A stretch of DNA of 64,000 nucleotides from Aerococcaceae bacterium (GTDB taxonomy: Bacteria > Bacillota > Bacilli > Lactobacillales > Aerococcaceae), in NCBI GenBank assembly GCA_030525795.1, contig JAUNEB010000003.1, forward strand, positions 1,179 to 65,178. The letters run 5' to 3'. The notes under the pieces were generated by a model. It saw nothing but the letters and a program-made list of their open reading frames with translations. It searched no databases and was not told the origin of the DNA. How positions within the stretch are numbered: the stretch's first letter is position 1; each line of letters begins with the position of its first letter. Made by a program: the position numbers and the translations under genes. Of the stretch, positions 1 to 10,745 are shown piece after piece.

Positions 1-62
1 AAAAGAAAGTATTCCTTTTGTTCCGGCGCTCGCAATCAGTACCACTTTGTTGCTAATTCACT

Positions 63-90
63 AAAAAAGCCTCCTAATAAAAGGAGACTC
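63..90 (-). terminator. Probable intrinsic terminator after tag
   Basis: AAAAAAGCCTCCT-aataa-AAGGAGACT hairpin with a U-tract on the minus strand directly after the stop. Confidence 0.6.
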
Positions 91-92
91 GT

Positions 93-638
93 TTAACGAA
101 AATTGCATGACAATGCGTGGTCATTGATAATCCCGATTGCTTGTAAATAAGAATACACGGTGACACTGCCTAAAAATTTGAACCCGCGTTTTTTCAAATC
201 TTTAGTCACTTGATCGCTTAAAGGAGAACGCGTTAAAAACTGGTCATCCTCGTTAATGATGGTTTTGCCGTTCGTAAATGACCAAATGTACGTATCAAAA
301 CTGCCGAATTCTTGTTGGACTTGTAAAAATGCACGAGCGTTTTGGATAGTTGCTTCAATTTTGCCGCGATGTCGAATAATTCCTGCATCTTGTACGAGCT
401 GCTCAATTTTTTCGGCGTTGTAATGCGCGATTCGATGATAATCAAACGCGTCAAAAGCATGGTCAAACGCTGCTTGCTTAGACAAAATCAATTGCCACGA
501 TAATCCCACATGGAAACTTTCGAGTACGAGCCACCGAAACAAAGCTCGGTCGTCATGCTCAGGTTTACCCCAGACGGTGTCGTGATAATGCAAATAGTAG
601 TCCGGCTTGCCTTCTACCCACGCACAGCGCTTAGTCAC
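93..638 (-). CDS. tag: DNA-3-methyladenine glycosylase I
   Basis: RCAW, YHDTVWG, LESFHVGLSW and NDHALSC motifs; start placed at GTG 638, overlapping the stop of the upstream small ORF. Confidence 0.93.
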   Translation of the reverse strand: MTKRCAWVEGKPDYYLHYHDTVWGKPEHDDRALFRWLVLESFHVGLSWQLILSKQAAFDHAFDAFDYHRIAHYNAEKIEQLVQDAGIIRHRGKIEATIQNARAFLQVQQEFGSFDTYIWSFTNGKTIINEDDQFLTRSPLSDQVTKDLKKRGFKFLGSVTVYSYLQAIGIINDHALSCNFR

Positions 639-795
639 GCGCACCCTCTTCTTCCTCTTCCACAAGCAAAAATTGTGCCATCGGATCTTCCCACTCAGTT
701 TCCTCGCCCGTCACTAATTCGACACCCAAATCGCGCATGCGTTCGTCGATATTTTTTTCTTGTTTGGATAAAAAATCTTTATCTTTAATTGCCAT
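631..795 (-). CDS. Small acidic hypothetical protein (54 aa, MAIKDKDFLSKQEKNIDERMRDLGVELV...), absent from the ORF track
   Basis: ATG with GGAGGG RBS; fills the gap between the DUF218 gene and tag exactly, stop overlaps the tag start. Confidence 0.7.
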   Translation of the reverse strand: MAIKDKDFLSKQEKNIDERMRDLGVELVTGEETEWEDPMAQFLLVEEEEEGARD

Positions 796-810
796 TCTTT
801 TTTCCCTCCG

Positions 811-1827
811 TTATGTCAAAACTTGCAAAATGCCTTGTATAATAATGACGCTGAGCAGTCCGTAATTGATGTCGCGCGTCAACACTAAAAATGCCAAATA
901 TTCGCGTACAACGCAATACGGCCACAAATACCACGCCGTCGTTGAGCCTTTGAACACTGCTTGAAAATGCGTTACTTTTGCTAAATGCGCCGCGCGCACT
1001 AAGTGAAATTTGCTTGTAATGATTAGCGCCTGATTGGATAAATGATAGTTCCGTTTGATAATTGCTGAATAAATAAAATTTTCGTAAGTATTGCGCGACA
1101 ACATTTCGCATAAAATTTGTTGTTCCGGAATACCTTTTTGTGTGAGGTAACGTTTCATCTGCTCCGCCTCGCTCACGTCCGCTTTGACCACGCCGCCCGA
1201 TACGATGAACGTCATTTGGTGTTGAGTTCCCAACGGCTGGCGCTTATAATAATGCCACGCCGCGTCTAATCGCCGCTTGAGCGTGTCGAGCACTTCGCCT
1301 TCTTCGCCAATTTCCGTTCCTAAAACGACGATCGTTTGATAATGCTTTTTTTGGGGAAAAAAATGAATTATCGGAATCAACACGAGAAAACTCAAAAAAA
1401 TCGCACTAAAATAAATCGCAATCATCATGTAAATACTAATGAATCGCGCGTAAGCAAACGGCGCGCGGCGCGTTAGTCCCCACAAAGTGAACAACACGAA
1501 ACCGATACACAAAATGCTCGTCGCTAAAGATAACGGTTGTTTCCACAAGGGCTTCGTTAAACCTTTTGCCGAGCGCATGACAGTAATCGCCACCAACACT
1601 ACCAACAAAAACGGCACGCCAACCATCATAAAAATACTCACAATGTATAAAAAGTAACGAAACAACGAAATCGGTGTCCAACTACTATTTTGAAAAAGGA
1701 GCAATACCACACCTGTTAATCCATAAACGCTCCACACAATCGGATACATGACAAAACGGCGTCCTTGAATGGACTTGGCAATTAGTAGACCAATCAGTGT
1801 TAAGACACTCACAACATTAAAATACAT
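811..1827 (-). CDS. Membrane-anchored YdcF/DUF218 family protein
   Basis: N-terminal TM helices, then IVVLG...RLD...SGG...SEA...E..SRNTYEN...ITSKFHLVRA. Confidence 0.85.
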   Translation of the reverse strand: MYFNVVSVLTLIGLLIAKSIQGRRFVMYPIVWSVYGLTGVVLLLFQNSSWTPISLFRYFLYIVSIFMMVGVPFLLVVLVAITVMRSAKGLTKPLWKQPLSLATSILCIGFVLFTLWGLTRRAPFAYARFISIYMMIAIYFSAIFLSFLVLIPIIHFFPQKKHYQTIVVLGTEIGEEGEVLDTLKRRLDAAWHYYKRQPLGTQHQMTFIVSGGVVKADVSEAEQMKRYLTQKGIPEQQILCEMLSRNTYENFIYSAIIKRNYHLSNQALIITSKFHLVRAAHLAKVTHFQAVFKGSTTAWYLWPYCVVREYLAFLVLTRDINYGLLSVIIIQGILQVLT

Positions 1828-1841
1828 GGCGCACCTCCTTT

Positions 1842-2717
1842 TTACCTCTGTTCGTGATAAATTTTATACACCTCTTGTTTTTTGAGTTGACGTAATTTAG
1901 CGACGTGTTTAATGGCATCTTTGCTCGACATGCCTTCTTTTTCTATGCAGTGCGCCAAATGTGTTTCGATGGACCATTCGAGCCAATCCTCTGTTTGTTG
2001 CGATTCAAAAATAGCTTCTCCGTCAATCAAAAGAACGCACTCACCTTTAATGTCGACCTCTTCTAAAAACGCGAGCACTTCGCCAACTGTTCCACGCCAA
2101 TAGGTTTCGTAACGTTTCGTTAATTCGCGCGCCACTGCCACTCGCACTTGTTCGCCACCTTGTTTTTGAATGGCGGACAATGTTTTTTTCAAACGATAGG
2201 GTGATTCATAAAAAATCGCCGTTTCATTTCGCGAAAAAACTTGTTGTAATAACGACACCTGCTCCTTAGACTGTCTTGGAAAAAAACCGTAATAAGTAAA
2301 TTGCTGACAATTGAGTCCCGACGCAATGAGCGCCGTTAAAGCAGCATTCGCACCAGGTAGCGCCACGACTGCAATTTGTTGTTTCAGCGCTTCTTGAACA
2401 ACGGGGTGTCCAGGATCGTTAATTAACGGCATTCCCGCATCTGATACGAGCGCCAAATATTCGCCATTAAGTAGCCGATCAATAATACTTGTCACTTGTT
2501 GCGGTGTACTATGTTCATGAAAACTTTGCATTGGCGTCGCAATTTCAAAATGATTCAACAACTTAATCGTCGTGCGCGTATCTTCCGCTAAAATTCCTTG
2601 CACTTCATTCAAAATACGCACGGCACGAAAGGTCATATCTTCTAAATTGCCAATCGGCGTCGGCACTAAATACAAAATACCGCGCGGATTATGTGGTTGA
2701 AAACTTTGTTGTTCCAT
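1842..2717 (-). CDS. rsmI: 16S rRNA (cytidine(1402)-2'-O)-methyltransferase
   Basis: [49 protein letters not shown]. Confidence 0.95.
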   Translation of the reverse strand: MEQQSFQPHNPRGILYLVPTPIGNLEDMTFRAVRILNEVQGILAEDTRTTIKLLNHFEIATPMQSFHEHSTPQQVTSIIDRLLNGEYLALVSDAGMPLINDPGHPVVQEALKQQIAVVALPGANAALTALIASGLNCQQFTYYGFFPRQSKEQVSLLQQVFSRNETAIFYESPYRLKKTLSAIQKQGGEQVRVAVARELTKRYETYWRGTVGEVLAFLEEVDIKGECVLLIDGEAIFESQQTEDWLEWSIETHLAHCIEKEGMSSKDAIKHVAKLRQLKKQEVYKIYHEQR

Positions 2718-3039
2718 TGCCGTCCTCCTGAATGTGTGTGCGTTTATCTACTAAAATAACATGTGATGGCATCAAATGGTGTAAGCCATTTTGGTGAAGG
2801 TAGTGCTCCTTTTGCGTTCGCGTTAATTGCTTAAATCGCGCTTCGGCGCGCATTGCTAGCGACTTAGTATCCCATTGTTCCGCGTAAATCAATCGTGCGG
2901 GGCGTCTTTTGGTAGGTTGCGTATATTTAGCGCCTTTTCCGGCGTTGTGCGTAGCTAATCGTTTTTCCAAATCGGTCGTGTAACCGGCGTATAGCGTTCC
3001 GTCTTTACAATGCAACACGTAAAAAAAATAATTATCCAT
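2689..3039 (-). CDS. GIY-YIG nuclease family protein (YazA-like)
   Basis: [35 protein letters not shown]; conserved position before rsmI; start at MDNY. Confidence 0.9.
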   Translation of the reverse strand: MDNYFFYVLHCKDGTLYAGYTTDLEKRLATHNAGKGAKYTQPTKRRPARLIYAEQWDTKSLAMRAEARFKQLTRTQKEHYLHQNGLHHLMPSHVILVDKRTHIQEDGNGTTKFSTT

Positions 3040-3775
3040 AATAAATTGCTCGCATTTGTTCAGTATACGTATTGTCGTCATTATAAATAATAATTGGCGG
3101 CTCAATTTTGACACCCGCTCTGCCGCCTTGATAAATGGCTTCGACAAGGACTACTTTGGCTGTTTGGTTTGCTTTAGCATAGGCAAACTGGATACGATGC
3201 ACGCCAAATCCTTGCGACAACAACATTTCCATCAAATCGTCCAAACGATCAGGACGGTACACGCAATATAACTTGCCTTTTTCCTTCAAAAAAAGTGCGG
3301 CTTTTTTGACCCATTGAGCCAACGTTAAACAAATTTCGTGCCTTGCAATCGCATGGCTCGTCAAATGATGTTGCGTCTGCTGCTTATCCAAAGAAAAATA
3401 TGGCGGATTGCACGTGACCACATCGTATAGTTGGTCAGGTCGAGAAAGTTCGTTCAAATCGGCTTGGCGTACGACAATTTGTTCACTCAAACCATTCAAA
3501 GCTACGCTACGCTGCGCCATTTCTACTAGCGGGGCTTGCAATTCAACCGTATCAATAACTGCTTGCGTTTTGGCGCTCAATAAAAGGGCTACTGCGCCAT
3601 TTCCGCTACAAAAATCAATGATTCGCGCACTTGCACGACGCGGCACGCGCGCGAATTCTGCTAATAATACCGCATCTACCGAATACGCAAAATAATGACT
3701 GCTTTGAATAATGTGTAATTTTTCGCGGACAAAAATATCCAGTCGTTCACCTTCTCGCAATGTCACTTCCATCAT
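3032..3775 (-). CDS. tRNA1(Val) (adenine(37)-N6)-methyltransferase (YabB-like)
   Basis: [26 protein letters not shown]; synteny with yabA. Confidence 0.9.
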   Translation of the reverse strand: MMEVTLREGERLDIFVREKLHIIQSSHYFAYSVDAVLLAEFARVPRRASARIIDFCSGNGAVALLLSAKTQAVIDTVELQAPLVEMAQRSVALNGLSEQIVVRQADLNELSRPDQLYDVVTCNPPYFSLDKQQTQHHLTSHAIARHEICLTLAQWVKKAALFLKEKGKLYCVYRPDRLDDLMEMLLSQGFGVHRIQFAYAKANQTAKVVLVEAIYQGGRAGVKIEPPIIIYNDDNTYTEQMRAIYYG

Positions 3776-4113
3776 TACGACTCCCTCAACTCGTCAATAA
3801 TGCCTTGACAAAATAGACATTCTTCATCCGCCAAACGTCTTGAACCAAACGAAGTGTGACAAATATGAATTCCCTCTTGATAAAATGACAACAAACGCTC
3901 CTTGCCAGATGCGTTTTCGGGTGTGGGATTTTGAGAAGGATTCGATGGCATCGTCGGCAAAACGGTTTGGGCACTTGAAGTCAACATGCGTAAACGGTTA
4001 TTTTCTTCCACGACGACACTTAATGCGGTTTTCAACTGGGTAATCGTTTGAGTTAAAGTCATAAATTGCACGTCAATTTGTTCAAAAAGTTGTTGAATTT
4101 CTGCTTGCTCCAT
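3775..4113 (-). CDS. yabA: Initiation control protein YabA
   Basis: Coiled coil EENNRLR plus C-terminal YQEGIHIC...CLFC zinc motif. Confidence 0.9.
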   Translation of the reverse strand: MEQAEIQQLFEQIDVQFMTLTQTITQLKTALSVVVEENNRLRMLTSSAQTVLPTMPSNPSQNPTPENASGKERLLSFYQEGIHICHTSFGSRRLADEECLFCQGIIDELRES

Positions 4114-4125
4114 CGCAAAACCTCC

Positions 4126-5082
4126 TTACCATTTGCTCAATACAATGGCTAATTTTTCCAAAATGAGTTGCCCGCTCACATTGGCAAGCAAATCGCGTTT
4201 TGCACCTAAAAGTGCTTGGTGCAACTTCAATAATTGTGCTAATGTTGGACGCGCTTCGGCACATAATTCCGTCAACCAATAGGAATGTAATATTGGCTCA
4301 AACGAAGCAGATTGTACCAAATGCATCAATTGGTGCGTCAATACGCTGTAATAATCTAGCGCCGCCAAAACGTGTTGTATTGACAACGTCGTTTTCAAAT
4401 GCGTTTGCACCGCCACGAAAGCCATTGAATCTTGTTTGACTAACAAACGAAATACGTGCTGCAAGCCTTTTTGCCATTGTGAAAAATCTTGGCTGTCATA
4501 ATTAGCGACGAACGATTCAGCGATTTCTGCTGTCAAACATGCGAGCAACTGTGCGTGTTCACTTTGCACACCTTGCGCTTCCCATTGTTGTTGCCGAATT
4601 TTTACACCACCCATTTTGAAATGGAATTGTTGCACGCGCGACAAAATGGTCGGCAACATCGCCGTCGTATCATTCGCATATAAAATAACGTACACATTAT
4701 TGACGGGCTCTTCCAAAAACGTTAGCAACGCATTTGCAGCAGACGGCGTCATCCACTCTGCTCGCTCAATAACTGCCACTTTAAAATCCTCTTCCATCGG
4801 ACTACTTAGCAACCATTCTTTTAACTCGCGAATTTGCTCCACTTTCAGCGTATTCGTTTCAGGCGTTACTACACAAAAATCCGCAAATTGTCCTTGCAAA
4901 ATCCGCTCGCACATAGCGCATTGTTGGCACGCTTTTCCTTGTTCGGTATGTGCACACGCTAATCCTTGCACGATGGATTGCGTGAGTTGCTTTTTGTGCG
5001 CGACATCATCGCCGACAAACAAATACGCATGCGCGAGTTTTCCTTCATGAATAGCGCGATAAAATTGTTCTTGTAATACCAT
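4126..5082 (-). CDS. holB: DNA polymerase III delta' subunit
   Basis: HAYLF, Cys zinc cluster, ANALLTFLEEP, LPTILSR. Confidence 0.92.
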   Translation of the reverse strand: MVLQEQFYRAIHEGKLAHAYLFVGDDVAHKKQLTQSIVQGLACAHTEQGKACQQCAMCERILQGQFADFCVVTPETNTLKVEQIRELKEWLLSSPMEEDFKVAVIERAEWMTPSAANALLTFLEEPVNNVYVILYANDTTAMLPTILSRVQQFHFKMGGVKIRQQQWEAQGVQSEHAQLLACLTAEIAESFVANYDSQDFSQWQKGLQHVFRLLVKQDSMAFVAVQTHLKTTLSIQHVLAALDYYSVLTHQLMHLVQSASFEPILHSYWLTELCAEARPTLAQLLKLHQALLGAKRDLLANVSGQLILEKLAIVLSKW

Positions 5083-5085
5083 CGC

Positions 5086-5421
5086 TTAAAATTGGTGGAA
5101 ACTATCCATCGGTAAGACGAACACCGTCGCGCCGCCGACTGCGATTTTAACAGGAAACGCTGCTGAATTGTCTAAGTTGACATCTAAGTTAATGGGTGAC
5201 GTCACGTATTGCTCACGCGTTTGTGAACTTGCTTGAATTAACTTCAATACTTCCTCAACACGTTCTTCTTCAATCCCGATAATGAATGTCGTATTTCCCG
5301 CGCGCAAAAATCCGCCCGTTGAACTCAATTTAGTGGCACGAATTCCCGCATCATAAAACGCATTGCTCAATACGTATTGGTCTTGGTCTTGCACAATGGC
5401 TACTACTAATTTCATGGTCAT
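5086..5421 (-). CDS. darA: Cyclic-di-AMP receptor (PII-like DarA/PstA)
   Basis: MKLVVAIVQDQD, TKLSSTGGFLRAGNTT, VGGATVFV. Confidence 0.92.
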   Translation of the reverse strand: MTMKLVVAIVQDQDQYVLSNAFYDAGIRATKLSSTGGFLRAGNTTFIIGIEEERVEEVLKLIQASSQTREQYVTSPINLDVNLDNSAAFPVKIAVGGATVFVLPMDSFHQF

Positions 5422-5433
5422 AAAGTTTCCTCC

Positions 5434-6069
5434 TTAAATAATGTGTTTTGCTTTTAATTGTTCAATGCACGCCGCAACGACTTCTGGCAATGACAACGTG
5501 CCGTCCACACGCACGATGCGGTCTTGTGTTTTTTCCATTTGCAAAAAGGCATCGCGGACGGTTTGATGGAACGCCAAATCTTCTTGATCCAAGCGGTCAA
5601 ATTGACGCTCGCCACGCGCGGCATGAATACGTGCTAAGCCAACTTCTGCTGGCACATCAATCAACAAGGTCAAATCAGGCAAATAGCCTTCGATGGCGAA
5701 TTGATTAATTTGCCAAATTAAGTCGGTATCAATGCCGCGGGCGATTCCTTGATACGCCAACGAACTATCTACAAAACGATCACATAATACAAATTGACCT
5801 GCTTCTAGCGCGGGTAACACTTTTTGGACGAGGTGCTGTCTACGAGCCGCGGCGTAAAGCAATGCTTCGGTACGCGAATCCATCTCGACATTGTCCACAT
5901 CCAAAATTACGTTGCGTATTTGTTCTGCAATGCGGTTGCCACCTGGTTCACGCGTTGTGAGCACTTCGTAGCCGTATGTGTGGCGCAATTGTTCTGCAAG
6001 TTGCTGGATAACGCTACTTTTTCCGGCGCCATCGGGCCCTTCAATTGAAATGAATGTTCCTTTTTTCAT
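5434..6069 (-). CDS. tmk: Thymidylate kinase
   Basis: EGPDGAGKS, TREPGG, CDRFVDSSLAYQG. Confidence 0.96.
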   Translation of the reverse strand: MKKGTFISIEGPDGAGKSSVIQQLAEQLRHTYGYEVLTTREPGGNRIAEQIRNVILDVDNVEMDSRTEALLYAAARRQHLVQKVLPALEAGQFVLCDRFVDSSLAYQGIARGIDTDLIWQINQFAIEGYLPDLTLLIDVPAEVGLARIHAARGERQFDRLDQEDLAFHQTVRDAFLQMEKTQDRIVRVDGTLSLPEVVAACIEQLKAKHII

Positions 6070-6070
6070 A

Positions 6071-6667
6071 TTATAACTCCCTACGTCCTTGAATGGCGCG
6101 ATATAAAGTCACTTCGTCGGCATATTCAATATCGCTTCCGACAGCCAATCCGTGCGCCAATCGCGTTACTTTAATACCTGCTGGCTTTAAAAGGCGTGAA
6201 ATATACATCGCCGTTGCTTCGCCTTCAGCAGTCGCATTCGTCGCAATAATGACTTCTTGAATCGTATCTTCTTGCAGCCGTTGCAACAAAGCGGTTATGT
6301 TCAAATCTTCCGGCCCAGTTCCTTCCATCGGTGACAATACGCCATGCAAAACATGATACAAACCGCGATATTCTTGCATACGCTCCAACGACATCACATC
6401 TCGCGCATCTTCAACGACAAGCACAACCGTTTTGTCACGAGAATCGTCTTCACAAATCGTACACGGATCACTTTCAGTAATGTTGCCGCATACGCTACAA
6501 TATTTTAAGTCGCGTTGAACACTAATTAACGCCTGTGCAAAATGCGCCACATCCGCATCATTCATTTCTAGCACATGAAACGCCAATCGCGCAGCGGTTT
6601 TGGAGCCGATACCCGGCAATTGCGTAAAGCTATGAATTAATTTGGCAATCGGAGCTGGATATTGCAT
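6071..6667 (-). CDS. recR: Recombination mediator RecR
   Basis: [14 protein letters not shown]4 zinc finger, YHVLHG toprim region, EGEATA. Confidence 0.97.
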   Translation of the reverse strand: MQYPAPIAKLIHSFTQLPGIGSKTAARLAFHVLEMNDADVAHFAQALISVQRDLKYCSVCGNITESDPCTICEDDSRDKTVVLVVEDARDVMSLERMQEYRGLYHVLHGVLSPMEGTGPEDLNITALLQRLQEDTIQEVIIATNATAEGEATAMYISRLLKPAGIKVTRLAHGLAVGSDIEYADEVTLYRAIQGRREL

Positions 6668-6690
6668 AGAATCCTCCTACAGTGTCTTTC

Positions 6691-7014
6691 TTAAAATGGC
6701 AAATTCAATCCTTTAGTGTATTTGCCTAGTCGTGTTTCGGTTGCTTCGTCTACTTGTTTGAGCGCCATGTTGACTGTTGCGATGACTAAATCTTGTAACA
6801 TGTCAACATCATCTGGATCAACGAGTTGTTCACTCAAATTTAATTCGACGAGTTCTTTTTTGCCGTTGACTTTAGCAGTGACTAATTGTTGCGCGTCGCT
6901 CGCTTCAAAAATCGTCGCTTCAATCGCGGCTTGCTCTTTCGCCATTTCTTTTTGCATTTTTTGTACTTTTTGCATCATGCCTTGCATGTTGCCCATATTT
7001 CCCATTCCTCGCAT
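6691..7014 (-). CDS. YbaB/EbfC nucleoid-associated protein
   Basis: MMQKVQKMQ...VDPDDVDMLQDLV; upstream of recR. Confidence 0.93.
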   Translation of the reverse strand: MRGMGNMGNMQGMMQKVQKMQKEMAKEQAAIEATIFEASDAQQLVTAKVNGKKELVELNLSEQLVDPDDVDMLQDLVIATVNMALKQVDEATETRLGKYTKGLNLPF

Positions 7015-7017
7015 GGC

Positions 7018-7521
7018 TCATTCTCCTTTTTTGTGGTTATTTTTGTATTTCATCATCAAATCCCAAGGGATATGACATAGTGTATAGTCTTCTGGATGGC
7101 GCGCTAAATGATGTTGGTGTTCTGGCGCGCTTTTGACGTAATTGGTTAAAGGCAATACTTCTACTCGAATTTGGTCGCGGTCTTCTCGCGCATTGATGTA
7201 GGCGCGAGCCATTTCCAAATGATGCGGCTGTTCACTGTAAACGCCTGTGCGATATTTCAATCCAATGTCATTCCCTTGCTGATTCACACTATACGGGTCA
7301 ATGATTTCAAATAAGTAATCCATCAGTTGCGTGACGGTGATTTTTGTCGAGTCAAAATCAATTTTGACACATTCAGCGTAACCGTCGTAGGCCGTGTCAA
7401 GCGATTGCGTCGAGCCATTCGCGCGTCCAGCTTCGGTTTCAACAATACCTGTCAAGCCGTCCATAAAATATTGCACGCCCCACAAACAGCCACCCGCTAA
7501 ATAAATGGTTTCCATCTGCAT
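7018..7521 (-). CDS. msrA: Peptide-methionine (S)-S-oxide reductase
   Basis: AGGCLWG active site, DPYSVNQQGNDIGLKYRTGVY, APEHQHHL. Confidence 0.9.
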   Translation of the reverse strand: MQMETIYLAGGCLWGVQYFMDGLTGIVETEAGRANGSTQSLDTAYDGYAECVKIDFDSTKITVTQLMDYLFEIIDPYSVNQQGNDIGLKYRTGVYSEQPHHLEMARAYINAREDRDQIRVEVLPLTNYVKSAPEHQHHLARHPEDYTLCHIPWDLMMKYKNNHKKGE

Positions 7522-7545
7522 ATTCTCCCACTCGCTTATCTTGCA

Positions 7546-9387
7546 TTAATGATCGTAGTCAATCGTAATATTTTCCATGCCGAACAAATCAATTGCCTTC
7601 GTGACATTCAGCGGTTGCTCTTGGCTTTCCTCATCAAAAAGCGGCGCGTCTTCTATCGGTATATCAATCGAACGACGGCTTGCAGATTCAAACAGTTCGC
7701 TAATGGACTGCTCAACTTCAATAGCAGGTTCGTCCATAATCGGCGTGTTTTCTGCGGGCAGGTCCGAACTTTCTTCTAAAGGTGACACTGGGATTGGATT
7801 GCCGTTATTTTGTTGGCGTAATACTTTGTAAGTGTTTCGCACATTATGCCAATCTCTTTCCAAAATAAAGGTACAGCGACGGCTACCCAACTGCTGTAAC
7901 GCCGTATCTTGTTGTACCATCCCGCAAAAAGCCTCGTTACTAAAACTTATGAGCGCCAACGACGCGCCCGCTGCTAAAGGCGTTGTGCCAACAAATTTTG
8001 CGCGTTGTTGCGGCGCCAAATCTGCTAACACTTGTTGCCATTGTTGCTTCAACTGCTCAATATCAACTCGCGTCGCATCATTTAATACGCGATACACATC
8101 ATCTGTATTCAATTGATACCCCGCTGTAAAATGTTTCGGTTTTTCTCGCGGAATATTCGGTTCCTCAGGCGTTGGCGCTTCTGAGGAGACAATGGCTACG
8201 TGACGAGGTGTGTTCGCTTGTTGTAGCGCTTGAATTTGACGTTCAAGTTGTGCAACTTGTTGCTGTAAGATCTCAATTTTTGAGGCAAAAGTAGCATCCG
8301 GTGTGTGTGGTGCTGTCACTTCTTGCGCAAGTTCTAGCGTCGCCACTTCCAAATACAAATCGGTTTGGTTAGATAATCGCATGGATTGTTGCGCTTTAGT
8401 TAAACTTTCAATCAAACGATAATAGTACGCAGACGGCACAAGTTCTAATAACGGCTGCAATTCTTCGTCATTTAGGAGCGTTTGGTTCATCTTTGTATGT
8501 AATGTCAGCAACACATCGCGACTGAACAAAATCAACTCTTCAATAAAACGATTGGCTTGTTTGCCCGAAGCTAATTCTTTTGCTACCCATTCTAGTGCTA
8601 CGGCGCCGTTTTTTTCAAAAAGAGCTTGAATATACGCCACATATACTTGTTGCGCCAAACTGCCTGATACTTGAAGTGCCGTTTCAATCGACAAATGCGT
8701 CCGATCGACAGCGAGCGCTTGGTCTAGCAAACTTAAACTGTCACGCATTCCACCGTTGGCTGCCCGCGCAATAATCGCCAATGCTTCTTCATCAAACGCA
8801 ATGCCGTCATGCGTCAAAATATGCGCCATTCGCGCAATCAAGTCAGCTGGCTGAATCCGCTGAAAATCAAATCGTTGTGTTCTCGAAATAATCGTCGCAG
8901 GAATTTTGTGCGGCTCTGTCGTCGCCAAAATAAATAACACTTGCGCCGGCGGCTCTTCCAATGTTTTGAGTAAGGCATTAAAAGCGCCTGTCGTCAACAT
9001 ATGTACTTCGTCGATAATATATACTTTGTACGTCGCTTGGCTCGGCGCATAACGCACTTTGTCGCGCAAATCACGAATTTCTTCCACGCCATTATTACTT
9101 GCCGCGTCAATTTCAACGACATCACTCAATTGGCCGCTCGTAATCCATTCGCACAATTCGCAATCATTGCACGGATTGCCATCTACTTGATGCGGACAAT
9201 TGACGGCCTTTGCCAAAATTTTCGCCGCGCTCGTTTTTCCTGTTCCGCGGGGCCCCGTGAATAAATACGCATGACTTAATTGTTGATGTTTGACCGCATT
9301 TTTGAGTGTTGTGGCAATCATCTCTTGCCCAACCAATTCATCGAACGACTGCGGACGCCACACCCGATACAATGCTTGATAACTCAT
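7546..9387 (-). CDS. dnaX: DNA polymerase III subunit gamma/tau
   Basis: MSYQALYRVWRPQ, GPRGTGKT, EIDAASN, DEVHML; start at ATG 9387 behind a GGGG RBS. Confidence 0.96.
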   Translation of the reverse strand: MSYQALYRVWRPQSFDELVGQEMIATTLKNAVKHQQLSHAYLFTGPRGTGKTSAAKILAKAVNCPHQVDGNPCNDCELCEWITSGQLSDVVEIDAASNNGVEEIRDLRDKVRYAPSQATYKVYIIDEVHMLTTGAFNALLKTLEEPPAQVLFILATTEPHKIPATIISRTQRFDFQRIQPADLIARMAHILTHDGIAFDEEALAIIARAANGGMRDSLSLLDQALAVDRTHLSIETALQVSGSLAQQVYVAYIQALFEKNGAVALEWVAKELASGKQANRFIEELILFSRDVLLTLHTKMNQTLLNDEELQPLLELVPSAYYYRLIESLTKAQQSMRLSNQTDLYLEVATLELAQEVTAPHTPDATFASKIEILQQQVAQLERQIQALQQANTPRHVAIVSSEAPTPEEPNIPREKPKHFTAGYQLNTDDVYRVLNDATRVDIEQLKQQWQQVLADLAPQQRAKFVGTTPLAAGASLALISFSNEAFCGMVQQDTALQQLGSRRCTFILERDWHNVRNTYKVLRQQNNGNPIPVSPLEESSDLPAENTPIMDEPAIEVEQSISELFESASRRSIDIPIEDAPLFDEESQEQPLNVTKAIDLFGMENITIDYDH

Positions 9388-9574
9388 TTCACTTCCCCCT
9401 CGCAAAAAATACTCCTTTTCATTATAGCACAACTTCTCAAAAAAAACTGCCCTGACATACACAAAAGCGAATCTGCATCTATTTTTCAGTCGATTTTAAT
9501 TTTGGCATATAATCTATTTGTCGTAATAGCGAATGGGTGGTACAATATTACATATCACACAAAAGGAGCAGATT

Positions 9575-10691
9575 ATGGAATTATACGAATTAAAGCAACT
9601 GATTGCTACCGCAACCACACAATTAACAAGTTTTAGGGGGAGTCTTTGACTTAGATGCCCTCGAAGCCGACATTGCAGACTACGAACACCAAATGTCTGA
9701 CCCAACTTTTTGGGATGATAATGACGCCGCTCAAAAAATTATTCAACGCATGAATGAAGCTAAGTCAACTTACCAAACCATTCACGATTTGGAAAATCAG
9801 CTGGACGACATCCAAATGGGATTAGAATTATATGAAGAAACACAAGACAACGACTTGTACCAAGAAGCTGTCCAACAAGCGCAACTTCTCAAACAAGCTT
9901 TATCTAGCTATGAATTGAAATTATTGTTGTCAGGACCGCATGATGCCAATAGCGCTATTTTGGAAATCCATCCCGGCGCAGGCGGCACAGAATCGCAAGA
10001 TTGGGGCAGTATGCTATTGCGTATGTATCAACGTTGGGCGGACAAAAACAACTTCAAAGTTTCCGTCATCGACTATCAAGACGGCGAAGAAGCCGGCATC
10101 AAAAGCGTCACCCTCGAAATCGAAGGCCATAACGCTTACGGATACCTCAAATCCGAAAAAGGTGTCCATCGCTTAGTGCGCATTTCGCCTTTTGATTCGA
10201 ATAGCAGACGCCACACCTCTTTTGCTTCGGTAGAAGTAACGCCTCTGTTAGACGATACGATCGAAATCGACATCAATCCCGATGATTTGCGCATCGACAC
10301 CTATCGTGCAAGCGGCGCCGGCGGACAACACATCAACAAAACCTCTTCCGCCATCCGTATTACGCACTTGCCAACCGGAATTGTCACCCAAAGCCAGTCG
10401 CAACGCTCACAATTTCAAAACCGCGATTTAGCCATGGCCATGTTAAAAGCAAAATTATACCAACTCGAAGAAGAAAACAAAGCCAAAGAACTCGCCAGCA
10501 TCAAAGGCGAACAAAAAGAGATTGCCTGGGGCTCACAAATTCGCTCGTACGTTTTCCACCCATACTCCATGGTCAAAGACCACCGCACGACTTACGAAGT
10601 CGGCAACACCCAAGCCGTCATGGATGGCGACTTGAACGGTTTTATTGACGCCTATCTCAAATGGCTCATACAAGATGACACACAATCTTAA
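9575..10691 (+). CDS. prfB: Peptide chain release factor 2, programmed +1 frameshift at CTT-TGA-C (9644-9650)
   Basis: ATG 9575 frame ends at CTT TGA after an internal SD (AGGGGG); the +1 frame carries the SPF and GGQ motifs. Confidence 0.96.
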
Positions 10692-10745
10692 TCTCACTGA
10701 GACAGAACTATGTTAAGATAACGCTACTCAAAGGAAGGTGAACAC

